A stretch of DNA of 64,000 bases from an uncultured Planctomycetota bacterium (GTDB lineage Bacteria; Planctomycetota; Planctomycetia; Isosphaerales; Isosphaeraceae), in NCBI GenBank assembly GCA_963823665.1, contig CAWGMQ010000011.1, forward strand, positions 576,001 to 640,000, written 5' to 3'. The number at the start of each line of letters is the position of its first letter. Position 1 is the stretch's first letter. Of this stretch, positions 1 through 9,286 are shown piece by piece. Both the position numbers and the translations under genes were made by a program. The notes under the pieces were generated by a model. It was not told the origin of the DNA. It ran no database searches and saw only the letters and a list, made by a program, of their open reading frames with translations.

Positions 1-130
1 GAGTGAGGTTGAGATCGCGGCCGAATAGACTGCGAGCAGCATTATAACCGATCGGCACAAAACATCCTGGTACGACGGTCCACTGGGCGGTGCTCGCACG
101 CCGGGCCATACCCTGGTGATCTTTATGCCT

Positions 131-325
131 GGGGATTCCAGACACCCATCCTTTAGTCACGGTCCCCCGAATCCATTCATTCGCGGCTCGCTCGTTCGGC
201 GCAAAATCACGGCCTCTGGTCAAGTCGAACACGCAGAAGGCGAGTGCCCGACGCTCGCCAAAACGTGGGCGTCTAACATCCCGACATCCCCGACGCTCGG
301 CAAACGGTGGGTGTCTGACATCCCC
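131..325 (+). repeat. MITE/REPIN-like element, copy 1 (empty). The core is 131-282, followed by a duplicated right end.
   Basis: It begins GGGGATTCCAGACACCCATC and ends GGTGGGTGTCTGACATCCCC, a ~20-bp imperfect terminal inverted repeat. By manual alignment it matches the reverse complement of 3484-3625 plus 4359-4366 with about 20 differences over ~150 nt. Confidence 0.85.
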
Positions 326-541
326 GCCCCTTCCGGAACAGACTCTGAGGCGTTAGACTCGGGAGTGACGCCGGTGTATCGATGCGGCCCGTCCCGATCG
401 AGGGCCGCATCTCCCGAGCCGGAGACGATCCCGCGTCGAGTTTCCAGATAGGACCCACCTGCGACGAACCGTCAGGCCGGTGATTACGTTTAGCAGAGAG
501 AGTCGGATGGAGTCTCCCAGCACATCTCGCGGAGAGTTCCC

Positions 542-2134
542 ATGAGATGTCGACGGCAAGTCCCCGCGCTGGTCGTGCCCCTGGCGTGCCTCGTCGCCTG
601 GGGGGTCTCCCGAGTAGGACTCGCCCGAAGCGATGATCTCCCCGGCCGGAAGCCGGAGGCCCCGGCCGCCAGGGCCGAGCGGCGGGCCGACCTGGGCGCG
701 ATGGCCTGGACGACGGCCGTCGAGCCCAACGCGCTGAGCCCAAGCGTGAAGAACGGCCTCGACTGGCTGGTTGCGCATCAACTCTCGAGCGGCGGCTGGG
801 GCGAGGGCGACGCGATGATGCAGGCGGGCGCGACCCTCCGAGGCGTCTCGATCCGCGACACGCCCAATGTTGCCGACACGTGTATCGCTTCCCTCGCCCT
901 GATCCGATCGGGGAGCACGCCGCGCGAGGGGCCGTATCGCGGCGCGATCGTCAAGGGCGTCGGGTACGTCACCACCCAGGTCCGGGAATCCGACGCCGGG
1001 TCGCTCTCGGTAACGAGCGCGCGCGGGACGCGCGACCAGATGAAGCTCGGGCCCAACATCGACACTTACCTGGCTTCCATGCTCTTGGCCGAGGTGAAGG
1101 GGCGCATGCCCGACGAGGCGAGCAAGAGCGCCGTCGACCAGGCCCTGGACAAGGTGATCGGCAAGATCGAGCGGCACCTGGCGGGGGATGGCCCGTTCGA
1201 GTTCCAGGGGTATGCACCGGTCCTGGCGCTGGCCATGTCCGCCAAGGGGCTCAATCGCGCGCGCCAGGCCGGGGTGCGCGTCTCGGACGTCGCCCTGGCC
1301 CGGGCGGCGGACGCCGCGCGGATGGCCTACACGACCGGAGGCTGGCCGGTGGCGTACCAGATGGCAGGCCGGTCGATGGCGATCGGTCATGCACGTACGG
1401 GCCACAAGCCATCGACGCGGCCGAGGGCGACGGACGGCGTGGGGTCGGCGGCCGAGGGGTCGAGCCGGTCGATGGCGGCGGGTGTGGACGACGAGGATGA
1501 CGACCTCCGGACGGAACCTTCGGCGGGCAGCCCGGCATCCCCATCGCACGGGACCAGGAGGATGACGAAACGCGGGGCGGCGAGGCCCGGCACGGGTGCC
1601 GGCCGTCCGATGATGACAGGCATGGCGGCTGGGTCCCCGCTCTACGGCTGGTCCGCCTGCCTCGGCATCCTGCAAGATTCCCTCAATACGGGCAGGGCGC
1701 AGCTCCCGCGGCTCCGCGACCAGGCGGCCCATTCCCGGGACCCGCAGGAGTGCGCCCAGGCCAGAAAGAAGCTCGCACGGATCGCCGAGGTGGAGCAGGT
1801 CCAGCGGGGGGCCCAGGCGGCCGTCGTCGCGCGGCTGGGTGGCCCAGGATTCCTCCTCTTCGCCGGCATGGACGGCGGCGAGGAATTCCTCAGCTACATG
1901 ACCCTCGCCGAGAGCCTGGCCGTCACGGGCGACGAGGCGTGGAGGCGCTGGGATTCCGGGATGACCGACTACCTCAACCGGGTGCAGAACGCCGACGGGA
2001 GCTGGTCCGGCAGCCATTGCATCACGGGCCGCACCTTCTGCACCTCGGCGGCGCTCCTGACCTTGATGGCCGACCGCACCCCGGTCCCCGTCCCCGTCCC
2101 GGCCCGGGCGAAGACCTCGTCCTCCTCCCAATGA
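542..2134 (+). CDS. Secreted prenyltransferase/squalene-oxidase(cyclase)-repeat protein
   Basis: Signal-peptide-like N-terminus. QW-type repeats GLDWLVAHQLSSGGWG and YLNRVQNADGSWSG, followed by HCITGRTFCTSAALLTL. Confidence 0.75.
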   Translation: MRCRRQVPALVVPLACLVAWGVSRVGLARSDDLPGRKPEAPAARAERRADLGAMAWTTAVEPNALSPSVKNGLDWLVAHQLSSGGWGEGDAMMQAGATLRGVSIRDTPNVADTCIASLALIRSGSTPREGPYRGAIVKGVGYVTTQVRESDAGSLSVTSARGTRDQMKLGPNIDTYLASMLLAEVKGRMPDEASKSAVDQALDKVIGKIERHLAGDGPFEFQGYAPVLALAMSAKGLNRARQAGVRVSDVALARAADAARMAYTTGGWPVAYQMAGRSMAIGHARTGHKPSTRPRATDGVGSAAEGSSRSMAAGVDDEDDDLRTEPSAGSPASPSHGTRRMTKRGAARPGTGAGRPMMTGMAAGSPLYGWSACLGILQDSLNTGRAQLPRLRDQAAHSRDPQECAQARKKLARIAEVEQVQRGAQAAVVARLGGPGFLLFAGMDGGEEFLSYMTLAESLAVTGDEAWRRWDSGMTDYLNRVQNADGSWSGSHCITGRTFCTSAALLTLMADRTPVPVPVPARAKTSSSSQ

Positions 2135-2141
2135 GCCTGCC

Positions 2142-3367
2142 ATGGAGCCCCATCTGATCCGGCCCGGTCGCCGAGTCGCGGCGCTGATCGTGGTCTCGCT
2201 GGCGACCTGGCTGGCCTCGTGCCGCCCGCGAAGCGAGGCCCCCGGCGCCCGGGTCGACCGGGCGCTGGGCCGTGCGTTGCGATCGCTTATTGTCGCCCAG
2301 TCCCCCGACGGGGCCTGGCGATCGTCGACCTACGGCGTGTTCAAGGACGGCTTGTCGCTGACACCCACGGTGCTGAAGGCAGTCGCGTTCGGGCCGGACG
2401 TCGACGGTTCCGCGATGGCAAGGCGCCGCGCGGCCGGGTACCTGATCGGGTGCGTCAGGGCCGACGGCTCGATCGACGGCGGCCGGTTCGGCATGACCTA
2501 TCCGGTCTACAACGCCTCGGCCGCGGTGATCACGCTGACGGTCCTCGATGTCCCGGAGGGCCGCGGGCGCGCGACGCCTGGCTCCGCGAGCTGCGCCGGC
2601 GGCAATCGACCGAGGTCCTCGGATGGGGGCCCGGCGATCCGGCGTTCGGCGGATGGGGCTACTCGATCGAGCCGCCGTCGCGGGGAGATGCGGCCCTCGC
2701 CCCGGGCCAGCATGTAGACGCCGACCTCTCCTCGACCTTGTTCGCGATCGGAGCCTTGCGGATCGCCGGGGTGGAGGCCGAAGATCCCGCGATCCGCAAG
2801 GCCTTGACCTTCGTCGAGCGGTGCCAGAACGTCGCGGCGGGCGATGAGGGGAGCGATCCGCGATTCGATGACGGGGGCTTCTTCTTCACGACGACCGACC
2901 CGGTGCGCAACAAGGCCGGCGTCGCGGGCATGGATCGGCACGGCTGGACGCGCTACCACTCCTATGGCAGCGCGACGGCCGACGGGCTGAGAGCCCTGCT
3001 GCGTTGCGGCCTCGCCAGGGATCATCCGCGGGTCGCCGCCGCAAGGAAGTGGCTGGAGGCGAATTTCTCGCCCTCGACCAATCCCGGCACGTTCGAGCCA
3101 GCCCGCGAGTCCGACCGCGACGCCACGTATTTCTACTACGCGTGGTCGGTCGCCCACGCCTTCCGCGGCCTGGGGATCGCGGAGATCGAGTGCGACGGCC
3201 GCAGGATCGCCTGGGCCGAAGTCCTCGCGACCGAACTCGTCCGCAGGCAGCGCGACGACGGGAGCTGGGCTAACCGGTTCACTGCGTCCAAGGAAGATGA
3301 CCCCCTCGTCGCGACACCCTTCGCGGCCGGGGCACTCGGCATCTGTCGGACGTTCCTCGCCCGATGA
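2142..3367 (+). CDS. Prenyltransferase/squalene-cyclase-repeat protein, probable lipoprotein, frameshifted near 2560
   Basis: ORFs 2142-2717 and 2219-3367 join. QW-type repeats AQSPDGAW, RADGSI, FGGWGY, FVERCQN, DGGFFF and RQRDDGSW. Lipobox-like WLASC. Confidence 0.7.
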
Positions 3368-3438
3368 ATCCCATTGAGCGCCGACCGGACACCACCCGTG
3401 AATTCACACTGACAACTCAAAGTATTCATGAATATTAA

Positions 3439-3625
3439 GGGATGTCAGACACCCACCTTTGGGATGTCAGACACCCACCTTTGGGGATGTCAGACACCCA
3501 CCTTTTGCCGGGCGTCGGACACGCGCCTTCTGCGTGTTCGAAATGACCGGGGGCCGTGGTCTTGCGCCGAACTTGCGAGCCGCGAATGAATGGATGCCGG
3601 GGCCGTGACAAAAAGATGGGTGTCT
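3439..3625 (-). repeat. MITE/REPIN-like element, copy 2. Inverted relative to copy 1 and interrupted by the intron; its last 8 nt lie at 4359-4366.
   Basis: Homologous to 131-282. One end is triplicated as GGGATGTCAGACACCCACCTTT (3439-3460, 3461-3482, 3484-3505). Confidence 0.85.
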
Positions 3626-4358
3626 TTGCGTCAGGAAAAGCTCGAGAAAGGAGGAAGTGCCTCGAAACACAGAAACCTTTCATCGCGACCCTGCGGGTTA
3701 ACGAATCCCGCCCGGCAGAGCCTGGCCGGCAGCCGGAAGCAAGTCTTGCGTGGGGAGGGGTGACCCTCACTGCGAAGCGTAGACAGCGAGTCTCCATGCC
3801 ATGCTATCGAGCCCCGAAATACTCATCGTGGGAGCCTCCGTTGTAGACACAAGCGGGGGCCGTGTCGACACGCCGCAATGGCCTGGCGTGTTCGGTCCTG
3901 CCGGGGTCCAAGAACATGGCGCAGGGACGCGAGGGTTGCTCGGGAACCTGAGAGCCCCATCCGTCTCCACTGACATTTCCGGCTCGGGAACCGGAATACC
4001 AACTCCCCGGCCCACGACCCCGCGTCGGGTCGCTGGGAGCGAACAAGACGCAAGGGTGGTATCGCCAAACGAAGGCAACGAAGTGCGGCGAAATGGGCGG
4101 ACGGGAGTCGGAGTGCTCCGTAGTAGCAGTGAAGCGGGGGAATGGGCCCTCCCAGACCCTGTGGAGCGAAGGGGGTACCGTGTCGCGGACTGGAAGCCGG
4201 AACCACGCCGAGGGCATTGGACCTCAGAGCGCGTCACCGCGAGGCGACCAGATCGTGAGAGGGACAGCGACGCCGCGACATGACGAGCCGGATGCCTTAA
4301 TTGGGCACGTCCGGATCAGTGGGAGCCCTGGCGGAGCGATCCGCCAGGGCGACCCGGC
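3626..4358 (+). mobile_element. ORF-less group II intron (ribozyme only, 733 nt)
   Basis: 5' end TTGCG. EBS1 AGACAC (3845-3850) sits in a stem-loop. DIII-like GAAGCGGGGGAA...CCCTGTGGAGCGAAGG. A short DIV is closed by GTGTCGCGG/CCGCGACAT (4180-4281). DV is GAGCCGGATGCCTTAATTGGGCACGTCCGGATC (4285-4317) with the AGC triad and AC bulge. The DVI hairpin has a bulged A at 4352. Removing the intron restores GATGGGTGTCT|GGAATCCC, as seen in the empty copy. Confidence 0.92.
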
Positions 4359-4366
4359 GGAATCCC

Positions 4367-4584
4367 GTGACACCTATCTCGTCGTCGACGCTCTGATCAA
4401 GGCGAACAAGGACTTCGATCTGATCATCATTCCCAACGCCGGCCACGCGTACGGCAGCGCATCGAACTATGTGGTGCGGCGCCGCTGGGACTATTTCGTC
4501 CGGGGGTTGCTGGGCGCCGAGCCGCCGAAGGAGTACCTGGTGAAAGCGGGCGGCGGTGGTCGTGGGGGGCGCGCGAATGACTGA
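4367..4584 (+). pseudogene. C-terminal fragment of an S9 (DPP IV-like/prolyl oligopeptidase) peptidase
   Basis: TYLVVDALIKANKDFDLIIIPNAGHAYG...RRRWDYFVRGLLGAEPP is the typical S9B C-terminus with the catalytic His. There is no upstream part or start codon. Confidence 0.75.
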
Positions 4585-4704
4585 CCCGAGACTCACGATC
4601 CACGATGGCGCACCTCTTGGAGCGTCGACGACTCTATCGGAGGCGGGTGCACACAACCGACAACCGCAGGGTCTATCACGGGAATTGAGGCCGCGGCGCC
4701 GCCG

Positions 4705-7700
4705 TTATCGTTTGGCGGCGGCGGGTTGGCCTACTCGCACGCGAACAGGGAATGGCGGACGGGCTGGAGGCTTGGGCGGCGGGCTTTTCTCGAGCTCCGC
4801 CAGGATCTCCTCGATCGCCCGGTCAAGCTGCGGATCTTTGCCGGCGGCCACGAGCGCCGGGTCTTGCTCGACGTCGATATCGGGTGGAACGCCGACGTTT
4901 TCGACGACCCAGCCGTCCTCGGTGAAGATCGCCAGGTCGGGCGCCGTCACCATTCCGCCATCCATGAGCACCGGGAAGCCGAGAATTCCCACCAGCCCGC
5001 CCCACGTCTTCTTGCCGACCAGCTTTCCCAGGCCAAACTTACGGAACATCCAGGGGAACAAGTCGCCGCCCGATCCGGCGGTCTCGTCGATGATCATCAC
5101 CTTGGGACCCGAGGATTGCCGCGTTCGGCGTGCGGATCGTCTCGCCGTAACGCGTGGCCCAGTAGCTGACCAGTGGCCTACGAAGTAGGTCGATGTAATA
5201 GTCCGCGACCTGGCCGCCGCCGTTGAACCTTTCGTCGACAATGATGGCTTCCTTGCCGGCTTGCGGGAAGAAATAACGCTTGAAGTACTCATGGCCCGAC
5301 CCGGCGGTGTTCGGCACGTAGACATAAGCGACGCGTCCGCCCGTGCGTTCGTGAACTTTGCGCAGATTGCCTTCGACCCAGGCGCGGTTGCGAAGCGAAC
5401 GTTCGTCGCCGATGGGTTCGACCACCACCGTGCGTGCGTTCGACCCGTCCGCATTTGGACCGACCTTGAGCTCGATTCGCTTGCCCGCGGTTCCTTCGAA
5501 CGCGCGATAGACCTCGCTGTCGGCCTTGATCTCCTTGCCGTCGACGGCCAGGAGGAAGTCGCCAGGCTTGACGTCGACGCCCGGTGCCGCGAGCGGCGCG
5601 CGCAGGCTCGTGTCCCAGTAGGCGCCACCGTAGATCGTCTTGAACCGGAATCGGCCGTCCTGCACGTCGTAATCGGCGCCGAGCAGGCCGACGGGCACCG
5701 GCTTGGGCTCATAGATGTGTTCTCCGCCACCCGAGAAGCTGTGGCCGACCGACAGCTCACTGAGCATCATGCGAATCACGCGATTCAAGTCGTCTCTGGT
5801 CGCCAAGTGGGGAATGAACGCCTCGTATTTGCTCCAGACGGCGTTCCAGTCCGCGCCGTGCATGTTCGTGGCGTAGAAGTAGTCGCGGTTGATCCGCCAG
5901 GCTTCGCGCAGAATCTGCGGCCATTCCGAGCGTGGCTCGACCCGCACGGAGATCGCGGCGAGCGGAAGCGCTCCGTCGCCCTTGTTGAATTTGCCCGCGT
6001 CGACGATACCGAGCGAGGGCGGTCCGGAAGGAAGTCCATCAGGACCGGCAGGCAAGGACGTCCACAGAATCTTCTTGCTTGTCCGCGGAAATTTGAAATT
6101 CGTCGATTCCTTCGGCGAGCGTTTCTTCCTCGCGCTTCTTGAGATCGAATCGCCTCAGCGATGGCTTGCCACGTAATGTCGGCCCGGCGCGTGTAATAAA
6201 TCTGTCCGTCGGTTCCGGACGCCAGGTTGGCAATAAGCCCCGACTCGGCCGGCAAAGCCACGACCCGGGCCGAGATGCCGTCAACGTCGACGACGGTGGG
6301 AGGCGAGGGTTTTGCCTTCAGCTCAGACATTCGCTTATTGAACGCGCTCGTGAAGGTGTCACCATCACCTTCGGTCCCGGGCTTCCCTTCGACTTTCTCC
6401 TTCTCGTTGGATTTCTCGTCTTTGCCTTTTTCATCCTTCGTCTTCTCGTCAGCCGGCTTCTTCTCGGCGTCGGCGGCCCCTTCCTCGTCGCTCTCCTTGA
6501 GGAGCGGGTTCGGCGTCGCCTTGGCCAGCGTGACCAGGTAGATCGTCGACGTCACAAGCATGTCGGTGTTCGACTGATCGAACCAGTTGTTCACCGGGCC
6601 GGCGTCGGTCGAGGCCAGGAAATAGAGGTACTTGCCGTTGTGGTCGAACGTCGGTTCACCGGCCTCGGCGAGCCCGTCGGTGATGCCCGTCGATTTGTCA
6701 TTCTCGACGGAGTAGAGCCAGATCTGCTGGAAGCCGGCGCGATTGGTGAGGGAGTACGCCAGCCACTTCGAGTCGGCAGACCAGTCGTAATTGGTGCGCG
6801 CGGTGCGTCTCGGTCCGTAGATCGGCTCGGCGGCGATGCGCTTGACTTTCCCGCTTTCGAGGTCGATCCAGAAGAGGGTGCGAGAGTTGTCGATCATGGC
6901 GATCTTCTTGCTGTCGGGCGGACCACACCAGTCCCTCGTAGAACCCGGAGCCGGGTATTGGAAAAGACTTGCCGTCGCCCTTGCCGTCCTGCGGGCGAAT
7001 GACGAGCTGGTACTCACCGGTCGCGTCGGACAGGTAAGCGATCGACTTGCCGTCGGGCGACCAGGCGGGGTGGCGTTCGTGCGCGCCGGGCGTCTGTGTG
7101 AGGTTGCGCGGGTCACCCTTCTTGGCTGGCACTGTGACGATCTCGCCGCGATAGCCGAGTACGGCACGGTTGCCGCCGGGTGAAATCGATGCGCCCGAAT
7201 GTGCTTGGGATCGCTCGCAAATCGCGGCCGGGTCTCGGTCGAGGTCGGCTGCCACGAAATCTTGAGCCGGTGCGATTGCCGCTCGTGCGGGTCGAACAGA
7301 TAGACCCAGTCCGCCTTGCTCGTAGATCAGTTTTCCCGCACCCGAAGACGCGCTGGCCATCGGAAAAGCATCATGATCTGTGCATCGGGCAACGGTCTTG
7401 GCGGCGAGGTCATAGGAATAGACGTTGAACTCACCGTCACGATCGGAAAGGAAGTAGACGGTCTCGCCGATCCACATCGGCTCGGTGTCGTTGCAACCTG
7501 CCGGGGGCTTGGGAATCTCCACGTGCGACAGGTCATCCAGTTTCAAGACCCAGATCCGCGACACGGTTCCGCCGCGGTAGTTCTTCCACTGCCTGAAGTT
7601 TTCCGCAGAGCGGCGTGTACGCCAGGATACTTTCCATCCGGAGAGATCGCCCCTTTTTCGCCGTTCGGAACAGGCAGACGCTCCGGCACTCCGCCTTTGA

Positions 7701-8148
7701 TATCAACCACGAAGAACTGCGAATAGCGCCGCGAGAAAACCGCCCGCTGAGAGCTGAAGATGACCTTGCCGCCGGGGGTGAAGCCGCGAACGACGTCCTC
7801 GCCCGGGTGCCAGGTAAGGCGAACCGGCTCGCCCCCATCGGCGGGGATGACATAAACATCGGCGTTTCCATCGTAACTGCCCGTGAACGCGATGTGCTTT
7901 CCGTCCGGAGAAAAGTAAGGGTGCTGCTCGGATCCTGAGTGAGAGGTGACTCGTCGTGGGTTCGAGCCATCCGGCCCGGCCACCCAGATGTCATCGCCGT
8001 AGACGAACGCGATCTTTCCATCGGTGATCGCCGGCGCCGCCAGCAGGCGCGTGTCGCCGGTCTCGACCGCAGCCGCGCGAATCGGTGCGACCGCCAGGGC
8101 AATTGTTATTAACATCATGATCAACCGATTCCGCAATTGACGCGCCAT
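4705..8148 (-). CDS. Tricorn protease homolog (S41 peptidase with PD40 beta-propellers and PDZ), split by several frameshifts
   Basis: Successive ORFs give a signal peptide, PD40 repeats (FSPDGKHIAF, WSPDGKSIAY), SELSVGHS, IIVDERFNGGGQVADY and the catalytic GSGGDLFPWMF...GKKTWGGLVGI. Confidence 0.9.
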
Positions 8149-8447
8149 CGTGGGTTCCTCGAGGAGCTTTCACTTGCGGGCGTGGCTCGCGCTTGCGAGC
8201 CCGCCCTCTTTACCGGGTAGATTATGAACGCCACGCCGGCACACAGCCAGACCTTGCGGACTGTCGCAGTTCCTCCACGCGAATCGCTCTCGCGAGAAAA
8301 CTACGCCAGTTTGGGGCCAGTTCAAGCAGCGGACCGACCGTCGCGGCCGCACGTCCTGACCGCCCGCCTGGGCGTCCACCACCTTGCCAACCTGGCCGGA
8401 TGCGCTGCCCGACAAACAACGGGTGAAGCTCGTGATTCGTCCGCTCG

Positions 8448-8642
8448 CTACACCTGCGTGTTGATCAGCAGCAACAGAGCTGTCGCGATTGCCAGGAGCG
8501 CGAGGATGCTGAGGCTCAGGCGAATCGATCGCGCCCAGATGCGCGGCCACGATTCGTGACGGGAGGCCGCGTAGACCACGCTGATCACGCCCACCAAGGG
8601 CAGGACGGCCCAGTAAAGCTGGACCGAGTTGACGCTCATCAT
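8448..8642 (-). CDS. Small two-TM membrane protein
   Basis: 64 aa with two hydrophobic helices around VYAASRHESW. It overlaps the upstream gene by ATGA. Confidence 0.7.
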   Translation of the reverse strand: MMSVNSVQLYWAVLPLVGVISVVYAASRHESWPRIWARSIRLSLSILALLAIATALLLLINTQV

Positions 8643-9187
8643 GCCGACCCCTCTGGCTTGAGCTCGGCGGCGGCGACCAGCGCCGGTGACGCTTGGCTCG
8701 ACTCCGCTTCCTGGTCCTCGTCCAGATACGCGGGCCCTTCGTAGGCATCGTAGATCGCGAGGATATTGAGCAGGCCGGCGATCGTGGTGTAGATCGTGCC
8801 GATCTCAACGAGCTTGCCAAGCCTTGGATGCAGCCCGTTCAGAACGACCGGCGTCGGCTCGGCGAGGATGCCTCCCAGGATGAAATCCTTGCCGTAGTAC
8901 TGCAGCGTGCCCTGGATCAGTGCCGGCAAGGATGCCAGTCCCACGAAGAACTGGCCCAGGTAGTGAACGCAGAACTTCTCGGGATAGTGAAAGGGGTTGA
9001 CCCAGCGCCAGTAGACGATCTTCCCTTCCCCCATGTACAAGCCGACGAAATAAAGGCCGAGGATGCAAAACGCGTAGAGGAATGCCTTGCCCTTCCGCCC
9101 CTGGTAATAGTGCCCCCAGCCGGGCACCAGCCAGGCGAGAAACGCGGCCGTCAAGGGATTGCGAAACGTGATCGGTGTCTGACTCAT
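8639..9187 (-). CDS. DUF6677-like membrane protein
   Basis: AAFLAWLVPGWGHYYQGR...GTIYTTIAGLLNILAIYDA. Start taken at MSQTP. Confidence 0.7.
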   Translation of the reverse strand: MSQTPITFRNPLTAAFLAWLVPGWGHYYQGRKGKAFLYAFCILGLYFVGLYMGEGKIVYWRWVNPFHYPEKFCVHYLGQFFVGLASLPALIQGTLQYYGKDFILGGILAEPTPVVLNGLHPRLGKLVEIGTIYTTIAGLLNILAIYDAYEGPAYLDEDQEAESSQASPALVAAAELKPEGSA

Positions 9188-9286
9188 AAGCTTTCGAGGT
9201 TCAACAGCAAGAAAGTTCGTGCCCTCGCATGGAGGGCTGCCCCGCTCGTTCACTGGTCAATGCTATCACGAAACGCGGGGTTGAAT

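Noticed and set aside
116..451. ORFs 116-451 and 3435-3797 as a duplicated protein
   Set aside because: Their shared peptide is just a translation of the non-coding repeat, and an indel between the copies shifts the frame.
542..3367. Squalene-hopene cyclase (shc) / hopanoid cluster
   Set aside because: There is no DxDD motif, the proteins are shorter and carry export signals, and no hpn genes are nearby.
3439..3505. CRISPR array
   Set aside because: The three 22-bp repeats are directly adjacent with no spacers, there are no cas genes, and they are the reiterated end of a dispersed element.
3767..4283. Intron-encoded protein among the ORFs overlapping the intron
   Set aside because: There are no RT motifs (no YADD), the ORFs overlie structured domains I-III, and DIV is too short to encode one.
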